In this document: positions 1 through 6,310 of the stretch, piece by piece
How positions within the stretch are numbered: the stretch's first letter is position 1
Layout: each line of letters opens with the position of its first letter
NCBI GenBank assembly: GCA_038842485.1
Contig: JAWBSP010000021.1
Span: 1-16,832 of the forward strand
DNA: 16,832 bases
Reading direction: 5' to 3'
Source: Candidatus Hadarchaeales archaeon
Lineage (GTDB): Archaea; Hadarchaeota; Hadarchaeia; Hadarchaeales; JAWBSP01
Notes under the pieces: model-generated
Seen by the model: the letters and a program-made list of their open reading frames with translations, nothing else
What the model was told of the DNA's origin: nothing
Database searches by the model: none
Program-made: the position numbers and the translations under genes

Positions 1-396
1 AGGGGGCTGATGAGTAATCCCACCCCACAAGACATGGAGGCTGCTTTCAGGCGCCTCAAGCTCGCAGAGGAATGGGTTAGAGAGTACGCGCCAGAGGAGC
101 TGAGGGTATCCCTTCAGGAGTTCCCTCCCCCACCAGGCACCTTCGGTGAGAAAGAGCTTCGGGCACTCAAGAGGCTGGCCGAGAGAGTGGAGCGGGTGGA
201 GTGGTCACCGGTGCAGGTTCACAATTTGGTTTACGAGGTGGCCAGGGAGGAGTCGCTGGAACCCTCTCTCCTCTTCGAGGCACTTTACCTCCTCTTTCTG
301 GGGAGGAGATCGGGCCCTAGGGTGGGGAATCTGCTGGCCGCGCTCGACAGGGGCTTCGTGCTCGAGAGGATAAGGGCCGTTACGAAGGGGACCTGA
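1..396 (+). CDS. lysS: Class I lysyl-tRNA synthetase, C-terminal anticodon-binding part (5'-truncated by window edge)
   Basis: Frame is open from base 1 to TGA at 394-396. The sequence 'AEEWVREYAPEE...VHNLVYEVA...LFEALYLLFLGRRSGPRVGNLL' matches the W..YAP and F.A.Y..L.G...GPR.G signatures of the class I LysRS C-terminus. ATG at 10 is internal, not the true start. Confidence 0.9.
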   Translation, partial: RGLMSNPTPQDMEAAFRRLKLAEEWVREYAPEELRVSLQEFPPPPGTFGEKELRALKRLAERVERVEWSPVQVHNLVYEVAREESLEPSLLFEALYLLFLGRRSGPRVGNLLAALDRGFVLERIRAVTKGT

Positions 397-430
397 GCGT
401 TGGGTTCAAAAGCTAGTTTGAGACTGGTGT

Positions 431-604
431 TTATTCGTATTTGACCTCGACCTGCGGACTCGTCCCCAACAGTTTCAAAATTCCTTGGGCGGATTCCATC
501 GGTCCCTCGATCGTGAAGGAGCCAACGTAGCCCGTTTCGGTACCCCTCCAAGTAACGCTGATGCCATTTCGACCGACCTTAGCTGTCAATACGTATCTTG
601 CCAT
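431..604 (-). CDS. Small hypothetical protein or gene remnant, 57 aa (below ORF-track cut-off)
   Basis: Hand translation from ATG 604-602 to TAA 433-431: MARYVLTAKVGRNGISVTWRGTETGYVGSFTIEGPMESAQGILKLLGTSPQVEVKYE. Composition is protein-like and beta-strand rich, and it fills otherwise unassigned DNA convergent with lysS. No family recognised. Confidence 0.4.
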   Translation of the reverse strand: MARYVLTAKVGRNGISVTWRGTETGYVGSFTIEGPMESAQGILKLLGTSPQVEVKYE

Positions 605-699
605 CTAAAATTTTTTCAAATAAACTGTCCCGTTCTCTTCGCTTGCCAAAAGCGATGGGCATTTGAAGTTCACGAACCGCGAGTTAGCGTGATGCTGAC

Positions 700-713
700 T
701 GCACACGTGTGCA
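700..713. promoter_or_regulatory. Perfect 14-bp palindrome TGCACACGTGTGCA, copy 1 (candidate operator)
   Basis: Self-complementary sequence read directly; identical to 762-775. Regulatory function is inferred. Confidence 0.55.
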
Positions 714-729
714 CTGCCTCGTGTTCCCC

Positions 730-743
730 ATTTAAATTAAAAA
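730..743. promoter_or_regulatory. Pure A/T tract ATTTAAATTAAAAA, candidate bidirectional TATA box
   Basis: Contains TTTAAA, readable on both strands, and lies midway between the two 14-bp palindromes. Confidence 0.45.
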
Positions 744-759
744 GGACTCAAGAGGTGGT

Positions 760-777
760 TATGCACACGTGTGCATA
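760..777. promoter_or_regulatory. Perfect 18-bp palindrome TATGCACACGTGTGCATA containing copy 2 of the 14-mer (candidate operator)
   Basis: Self-complementary sequence read directly; core 762-775 is identical to 700-713. Confidence 0.55.
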
Positions 778-814
778 TTGCAACTCAAATTGATTGAGTC
801 CCAAAAGTGTGGCA

Positions 815-1357
815 CTACGAGGGGGACCTGAGCGCCCTCTCGATTGCCCTCACCACCACCCAAATTCCCATTCCGAGTGTCACCAGGAGGCCTCCCCCCA
901 GGAAGAGCGGGCCTCTGATCCATCCCTCCGTGCGGATGAAGAGGGCCAGCAGGATCACCCCCAGGCAGAGCGTGTAGAGGGCCAGAATTTTGTATGCGAG
1001 GGGGTGGAGAAGGGATCTCCTCCAGTCAGTCCTGGTTTTGGGCATCCTCCCGGGTTGAGGGGGAAGGATGAGGGTTTCCTTGAGGTGGGGTATCCGGTGG
1101 CGTTTCAGGATTCTGGAGAGCTCCTCCCCCGCAGGCCTTTTCCACTGGGGATGTTCTAGGTAGAATCTGGAAATCTCGATCTCGGCCTCCAGCTTCCCGT
1201 CCCTGAAGGCTCTCACGTGCATCTGCAGCCCGCGCTTGAGGTCCTTCACCAGTCCGAAGTACTGTCCCGGTTTCACGTGCTGGAACTCGGTGAATTTGAA
1301 GCCCTCCTCCTGCAGGGCCCTTCTGACGCTTTCGAGCCACTCTTTCAGCGTCTGCAA
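815..1357 (-). CDS. Hypothetical membrane protein: soluble N-terminal domain plus two C-terminal TM helices
   Basis: 180-aa ORF with TTG start, GGAGG upstream, overlapping the NTase stop. Soluble part 'QHVKPGQYFGLVK...QMHVRAFRDG.LEAEIEISRFYLEH' resembles uncharacterised archaeal proteins. Hydrophobic segments are 'ILALYTLCLGVILLALFI' and 'PLFLGGGLLVTLGMGIWVVV'. Confidence 0.75.
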   Translation of the reverse strand: MQTLKEWLESVRRALQEEGFKFTEFQHVKPGQYFGLVKDLKRGLQMHVRAFRDGKLEAEIEISRFYLEHPQWKRPAGEELSRILKRHRIPHLKETLILPPQPGRMPKTRTDWRRSLLHPLAYKILALYTLCLGVILLALFIRTEGWIRGPLFLGGGLLVTLGMGIWVVVRAIERALRSPS

Positions 1358-2034
1358 GTTTTCCTGATCCTCCTGATTACCTCCGGAAGCAGGTCCTCGA
1401 AACTCTCATGAGGGGCGAGCCTCCTGGTGAAGTACACCCCCGTGTGGCCGACTTCGGCGCGCCTCGTCAGGACCTGAATCCTCTCCCTCACGATTTCCAG
1501 GCCCACCCCAAGCTTCTTCGCCACCTCGCCTTCCCTCCCGAGGATCGAGCTCTCCAGATGCCCCTCCCTCGTGGGCTCGATGAGCATGAGCTTCTTGTTC
1601 ACCCCCGGCACCCGCCTGCCCTCCATCATCCCCTGCAGATTTAGGACCCCGCCGAAGTGGTAGAAGTCGGACTCGGACGGAAGGGGTTTCAGGAGGGGAA
1701 AGCTGACGGTGGGTCCCTCGTGGAGGTAGAGGTGGGCCTTCGGCAACTGCCAGGGTGTGGCCATGATTATCTCCCTGCGCTCAAACTCATATCCCGCCTC
1801 CCTCAGCGCCAGCTCCACCCGAAAGGCTCTGACCTCCGTCGGGATCCAGATATCCACATCGCTTTTTTCGTCCACATCCCCCCTGGCCACGCTTCCGTGC
1901 AGCAGGGGCTCGAACCCCGCCCCTTGAAGGATTCGCATGGGCCCCAGCGCCTTCCCCCTCAACCGCCTTAGCAGTTCCCATCTTTCCCTTCCGTACCTGA
2001 CCTCTCTCACTTCGTGGGGAGGGGAGGGCTTCAT
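1345..2034 (-). CDS. Archaeal Pol-beta superfamily nucleotidyltransferase (COG2413-like)
   Basis: Motif 'LHGSVARGDVDEKSDVDI' (hGS..RG...SD.D), plus 'MATPWQLPKAH', 'FYHFGG', 'RVPGVNKKL' and 'GHTGVYF', typical of this roughly 230-aa archaeal family. Confidence 0.88.
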   Translation of the reverse strand: MKPSPPHEVREVRYGRERWELLRRLRGKALGPMRILQGAGFEPLLHGSVARGDVDEKSDVDIWIPTEVRAFRVELALREAGYEFERREIIMATPWQLPKAHLYLHEGPTVSFPLLKPLPSESDFYHFGGVLNLQGMMEGRRVPGVNKKLMLIEPTREGHLESSILGREGEVAKKLGVGLEIVRERIQVLTRRAEVGHTGVYFTRRLAPHESFEDLLPEVIRRIRKTCRR

Positions 2035-2054
2035 ATTAGCCCGCGAGTAAAGGG

Positions 2055-3257
2055 ATGAACCCTCTGTTGGGCCTGCTGATAGGTGCCGCCGTCTTCTGGA
2101 CCGTTTTTTCCATCCTCTACAGAAGGCTTGACCTGAAAAAGAGAGGAGTTACTTTCGAGAGCGGGGCGGCGGTTTTCAGAACCCGGCGGGGACTGCAGGC
2201 CATCGATTCTTTCGCCAAGAGGCACCCCAAGTTCCTCCTCCACTTCGGGAACCTAGCCGTGGTCCTCGCCCTGATCTGCTGTGCCTTCGTGCTCTTCAAC
2301 CTCTGCTTCAATCTTTACTTTATCCTCACCAAGCCGAGGGTGGCACTCCCCGGTGCCAGCATTATTTTTCCTGGGGTGATACCGGGGCTGACGGTGTACT
2401 GGTGGTTGATAACCATAGGCGTGCTCATGGGGGTTCATGAGGTTTCCCACGGGCTCCTGATGAGAGTTCACGACATCCCCACCAAATCCACCGGTGCCCT
2501 TCTGCTGGGGGTCATCCCAGGAGCCTTTGTGGAGCCGGATGAGAAGAAACTCGCCTCAGCGCCTCTCTCACACCGCCTCCGAGTCTACGCGGCTGGTTCC
2601 GTGGCCAATCTCCTCTTCTCCTTTTTCTGTTTGTTTCTCCTTCTCTCGCTCCTCACCCCCAAGTCCGGAGTGTATGTCTGGGGTGTCAGGAAGGGCGGTC
2701 CATCGGAGAACCTCTTGGAGCCGGGGATGAGGGTGGTCCAGATCGATAACTTGAGGGTCGAGAGCTGGAAGGATCTGGAAAATCTGCGATGGGGGTATCT
2801 TGAGAATCTCCAGGGCTTCACGCCCGGTCAGGAGGTCGAGATCCTGACGGAGGAAGGATCCTTCAGGGTGAAGGCCGATAACTTCTGCTCCGAGAACCGG
2901 GGGAGTCTGGGGTTGTATCTCAATTGGGCCGTTCCTAGGGCGGAGTTCCTGAATCCTCTTTTTGCGGCCTCCGTGACGGTGTACGAGCTCAGAGGGGAAA
3001 GGATTTTCCATCCCCTCCTCTACCGTTCGAGCGTCCCCTGGCCGGTCATCGACCTGCTGAAATGGATGTTCGTCCTCAATCTGGGTGTGGGTCTCTTCAA
3101 TCTCCTGCCCATGCTTCCTCTCGATGGCGGCCAGATGCTGCAGGCTCTGCTGGAGAGGAAACTTCCCAAAAAGAGAGCGCGCAGGATTTGCATATATGTC
3201 TCCCTGGCGATGCTGGCGCTGGTTCTGTTGAACATCCTTCCCTACTTTTTGAAGTGA
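2055..3257 (+). CDS. Site-2 protease (peptidase M50) intramembrane metalloprotease with PDZ domain
   Basis: HExxH 'VHEVSHG', 'PGAFVEPD', 'AAGSVAN', C-terminal 'FNLLPMLPLDGG', a central PDZ-like segment 'GVYVWGVRKGGPS..LLEPGMRVVQIDN', and multiple TM helices. Confidence 0.95.
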   Translation: MNPLLGLLIGAAVFWTVFSILYRRLDLKKRGVTFESGAAVFRTRRGLQAIDSFAKRHPKFLLHFGNLAVVLALICCAFVLFNLCFNLYFILTKPRVALPGASIIFPGVIPGLTVYWWLITIGVLMGVHEVSHGLLMRVHDIPTKSTGALLLGVIPGAFVEPDEKKLASAPLSHRLRVYAAGSVANLLFSFFCLFLLLSLLTPKSGVYVWGVRKGGPSENLLEPGMRVVQIDNLRVESWKDLENLRWGYLENLQGFTPGQEVEILTEEGSFRVKADNFCSENRGSLGLYLNWAVPRAEFLNPLFAASVTVYELRGERIFHPLLYRSSVPWPVIDLLKWMFVLNLGVGLFNLLPMLPLDGGQMLQALLERKLPKKRARRICIYVSLAMLALVLLNILPYFLK

Positions 3258-3373
3258 GACAAGTCCGACCGTTGCCACCAACCAGCACTAAAACAAGAGC
3301 ATGTCGCGCGTTGGTAGAATGACAGCAAAACACGAAGCGCAAATAAAACCACTTTTAACGGTTCCCCAAATAG

Positions 3374-4462
3374 ATGATGTTCGATGCGAAATCGCTGGAC
3401 TTCCTCAAGCGGCTGACCGAGGCCTTCGGTCCCCCCGGCTTCGAGCGGGAGGCGAGCAGGATAGTGGAGGAATACATGAAACCCTACGCCGACGGGGTGG
3501 TGAGGGACAAGCTGGGTAGCGTGGCCTTCCTCTTCAAAGGGGATGCCGAGAGGCCCCGCGTGCTGCTGGCCGGACATGTGGACGAGGTCGGGTTCGCGGT
3601 CTCGGGGATCGATGAGAAGACGGGTTTCCTCAGCTTTTCGACCCTGGGAGGCTGGTGGGATCAGGTTCTGCTGGGGCAGAGGGTGGTGGTGAGGACCTCC
3701 AGAGGAGACTTGCTTGGGGTGATAGCCAGTAAGCCTCCCCACATCATGGACAGGGAGGAGAGGGAGAAGCTGGTGAAGAAGGACGAGATGTACATAGACA
3801 TCGGGGTGACCTCGAAGGAGGAGGCAGAACGGCTCGGCGTGAAGATAGGTGATCCCGTGGTCCCCTGGAGCCCCTTCGCCCTCATCAGGGAAGGAAAGGT
3901 GGCCATGGGGAAGGCCTTCGACGACAGGCTGGGAACCTTCGTCATGCTCGAGGCCTGCAGGAGGATAAAGGAGCAGGGAATTGCCCATCCCAACACCATT
4001 TACGCCGCCTCCACCGTTCAGGAGGAGGTGGGCCTGAGAGGCGCCAAGACCATAGCCCACGTGGTGGACCCGGATGTCGGGATCGTGCTCGAGATAGATA
4101 TCTCCGGTGATGTTCCGGGAGTGGACGCCCGAAAAGCCGCCGCGAAAATGGGGAAGGGGCCCACCATCTTCACCATGGACGGAAGCATGATTCCCAATCA
4201 GCCCTTTAAGGAGTTCGTCCTCAAGGTGGCGGAGGAGTGCAAGATTCCCCTCCAGCTCAGCCAGGTGATGGGAGGAGGAACGGACGCGGGCAGGATCCAC
4301 CTGCATGGCTCAGGGTGCCCAACGGTGGTGCTGGGGGTCCCCACCCGGCACATCCACAGCCATGTCGGGCTTTTCAGTCTGGAGGACGCGGAGAACGGGG
4401 TGAGGCTCCTCATCGAACTCCTGAGGAGGCTGGACCAGAGGACCGTGGAAAGTTTCCTGTGA
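3374..4462 (+). CDS. M42 family (TET/FrvX-like) dinuclear metallo-aminopeptidase
   Basis: Motifs 'GPPGFE', 'AGHVDEVG', 'KAFDDRLG', 'VQEEVGLRGA', 'GGTDAG' and 'RHIHS'. TATA-like CTTTTAA at 3352-3358. Start may be 3374 or 3377. Confidence 0.95.
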   Translation: MMFDAKSLDFLKRLTEAFGPPGFEREASRIVEEYMKPYADGVVRDKLGSVAFLFKGDAERPRVLLAGHVDEVGFAVSGIDEKTGFLSFSTLGGWWDQVLLGQRVVVRTSRGDLLGVIASKPPHIMDREEREKLVKKDEMYIDIGVTSKEEAERLGVKIGDPVVPWSPFALIREGKVAMGKAFDDRLGTFVMLEACRRIKEQGIAHPNTIYAASTVQEEVGLRGAKTIAHVVDPDVGIVLEIDISGDVPGVDARKAAAKMGKGPTIFTMDGSMIPNQPFKEFVLKVAEECKIPLQLSQVMGGGTDAGRIHLHGSGCPTVVLGVPTRHIHSHVGLFSLEDAENGVRLLIELLRRLDQRTVESFL

Positions 4463-4851
4463 TGTTCAGGAAACCCCTCGTGTGTTTGACTGAAGTCACT
4501 CCTTCCGAGGTGGTGGATGGTGCCGCTAGGTTGTGTGCCAGAGATGGGGAGGTCATCCTTTTGCATGTGGTGAGGAGGGTGAGCGAATTATCTAGGAAAG
4601 AGGCCGAGAAAAATTTCTCCTGGGCGGTGGAGAAGTTCAGGAAGGCGGGTTTCAAAAAGGTGAGGCTTGAGCTGGTGGAATCGAGCGATCCAAAAGTCGC
4701 CATCGTGAACTTCGCCTGTGAAAACGGTTGCGATGTTCTGATAACGGGAATCGTCCCTCCCCGGGGTCTGCTGGGACGCCTCTCGAGCACCACCGACTAC
4801 ATCCTCAAGAAATCTCCCTGCACGGTGGTCCTGATAAGAAAACCAACTTAG
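4462..4851 (+). CDS. Universal stress protein (Usp family), 129 aa
   Basis: True start is ATG 4462, in a TGATG overlap with the M42 stop. The sequence 'MFRKPLVCL...EVILLHVV...DPKVAIVNFACENGCDVLITG...SSTTDYILKKSPCTVVLI' fits the Usp pattern. The canonical G-x2-G-x9-G-S/T ATP motif is degenerate. Confidence 0.88.
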   Translation: MFRKPLVCLTEVTPSEVVDGAARLCARDGEVILLHVVRRVSELSRKEAEKNFSWAVEKFRKAGFKKVRLELVESSDPKVAIVNFACENGCDVLITGIVPPRGLLGRLSSTTDYILKKSPCTVVLIRKPT

Positions 4852-4905
4852 GCTTTAGAACCAAGAGCCCAGTTCTTATAAGACTGGCAGGGGCTGGAGG
4901 AAAGT

Positions 4906-6192
4906 GTGGTTGAGTTCGGCGTGGTGTGGGCGCTTGCCGTCTTTGCCTTAGTGATTTATCTGCTCTTCAAGCAGCCCCTCCTCAGGATTCCCTTCACCAC
5001 AAGATACCTCCACCTTGAGTACTCCCTCGCCCCGCTGGTGGGAATCCTTCTGCTCCTCCCCGCCTCCCTTGTCTCACCCCAACAGGCCTGGGAGGCCGTG
5101 ATCGGAACCGCCAACATCCGGCCCTACTCCATCGTGATCATGATTCTGGGGTTGAGCTACCTTTGTTACTCCCTCGATCAGAGCGGCTTCTTCGATTACG
5201 CTTCCCTCAAGCTCCTCGGAACTGCCAAATCTGGAAAGGAGCTTTTCCTCCTCCTCACCCTCTGGACCTTCCTCCTGACCCTCTTCACCGACAACGATAT
5301 CGTGATTCTGACCCTCACCTTTCTAGTTTGCGACTTCGCCCGCAGGACCTCCCTTCCCCCCAAGCCTTTGCTCCTCACCCAGTTCTTCACGGTTAACACC
5401 GCTGGGATGGCCCTGTATATTGGGAACCCCACCAACATCATCCTTTCCAACGCGGCGGGGGTGGGGTTTGTGGGGTACAGCAGGTGGATGCTCTTACCCT
5501 CGCTGATACTCGCGGCGGTGGGCATCGGCTGGTTGTGGGTTCTTTTTGGGAGGAAAATAAAGGAATTCAGGAGACCAGAGCTCCAACCTTCCCTCGCCCT
5601 GCAGAATAGGAGAAGTGCTGTCTTCGGTCTTGCCGCGCTGGCAGGGACGATTCTCCTGATGAGTCTGGGTTTCACCCCCTGGAAGGTTGCCCTCCTCTTC
5701 GCCCTCCTCACCTTCGTGGCGGACCTCCTCCTCCGGCCGAGGGAGGTACCTAAAATATTGAGGAAGGTTCCTTGGAAGCTGAGCTACTTTCTGTTGGGAC
5801 TCTTCATCTTGATCGCAGGGGTGGAGCGCTCAGGTGCTCTGAAGCCGGTTTCCTCTCTTCTCGCGCTGGCTGAACGGGGGCCGCTCGGTCTGGGGATACT
5901 GATCCTCACCTCGGCCCTCGTTGCCGCCGTCATTAACAACCATCCGATGTCTGTCCTTTTCGGCAAGTCGTTGGGCGGTGCTCCACTCGCCTCGCTCTTC
6001 GCCTGCGTGGTGGGAAGCAACTTGGGGGCGAACCTCTCCTTGGTAGGTGCCCTTGCCGGGATTCTCTGGAGCCACATCCTCCTCACGAAGGGGGTGGAAG
6101 TGACCTTCTCCGAGTTCTCCAAGTGGGGATTCCTCTACACCCTTCCCCTCATTTTCCTGATGGGCTTTCTTTTGTGGTGGCTCGCACCCTAG
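4906..6192 (+). CDS. ArsB/NhaD-type (ion transporter superfamily) permease
   Basis: About 11-12 hydrophobic segments. Motifs 'FTDNDIVIL', 'IGNPTNII', 'INNHPM' and 'GSNLGANLSLVGALAGILW'. TTATAA at 4876-4881 and GGAGG at 4896-4900. Substrate cannot be assigned. Confidence 0.88.
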   Translation: MVEFGVVWALAVFALVIYLLFKQPLLRIPFTTRYLHLEYSLAPLVGILLLLPASLVSPQQAWEAVIGTANIRPYSIVIMILGLSYLCYSLDQSGFFDYASLKLLGTAKSGKELFLLLTLWTFLLTLFTDNDIVILTLTFLVCDFARRTSLPPKPLLLTQFFTVNTAGMALYIGNPTNIILSNAAGVGFVGYSRWMLLPSLILAAVGIGWLWVLFGRKIKEFRRPELQPSLALQNRRSAVFGLAALAGTILLMSLGFTPWKVALLFALLTFVADLLLRPREVPKILRKVPWKLSYFLLGLFILIAGVERSGALKPVSSLLALAERGPLGLGILILTSALVAAVINNHPMSVLFGKSLGGAPLASLFACVVGSNLGANLSLVGALAGILWSHILLTKGVEVTFSEFSKWGFLYTLPLIFLMGFLLWWLAP

Positions 6193-6310
6193 CGCTGCAG
6201 TCATAAGCTTTAAAATCAAGGTGATAGGGGCGATGAAGAAAAGAGTGTTAGGCGATAGAATGAGCTGGCAAGGTATTTCGAGCCCCACCAGCGCTGAGTT
6301 AAACTCTCAC

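Noticed and set aside
605-607. In-frame TAG as a pyrrolysine read-through codon
   Set aside because: No pyl genes are in the window, several ordinary genes here end in TAG, and the upstream frame lacks a convincing start signal.
579-662. 27-aa minus-strand ORF MPIAFGKRRERDSLFEKILDGKIRIDS resembling a HIT-protein N-terminus
   Set aside because: The resemblance is limited to a few residues, no histidine triad follows, and it overlaps the better 57-aa ORF.
652-704. Fluoride-riboswitch-like words (GCGATG, GTTCAC, AACCGC, TGATG, TGAC)
   Set aside because: The first stem and pseudoknot pairings cannot be formed in the right order, and no fluoride-related gene follows on that strand.
700-777. Two identical repeats with a 48-bp spacer read as a minimal CRISPR array
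   Set aside because: The repeat is only 14 bp, there are two copies, flanks do not extend the match, and no cas genes are present.
815-2034. MNT-HEPN toxin-antitoxin pair
   Set aside because: The NTase is 229 aa and of the COG2413 type, not a roughly 100-aa MNT. The partner has TM helices and no recognisable all-helical HEPN pattern.
3242-4306. 354-aa minus-strand ORF and similar long antisense or alternate-frame ORFs (e.g. 2568-3281, 5196-5711, 7592-8143, 8186-8710, 14061-14573)
   Set aside because: They are shadows of well-supported genes in GC-rich DNA, with no motifs and atypical composition.
4237-4461. N-terminal extensions in the ORF track for Usp (4237), RNase Z (7363), Trm11 (8277), MBL (10260) and ferredoxin (12723)
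   Set aside because: The extensions lie inside upstream genes. Family-typical N-termini begin at the stop-overlapping or adjacent starts used in the feature list.
4906-6192. Calling the permease an arsenite pump (arsB)
   Set aside because: The motifs are shared across the ArsB/NhaD family and no ars operon context is present.
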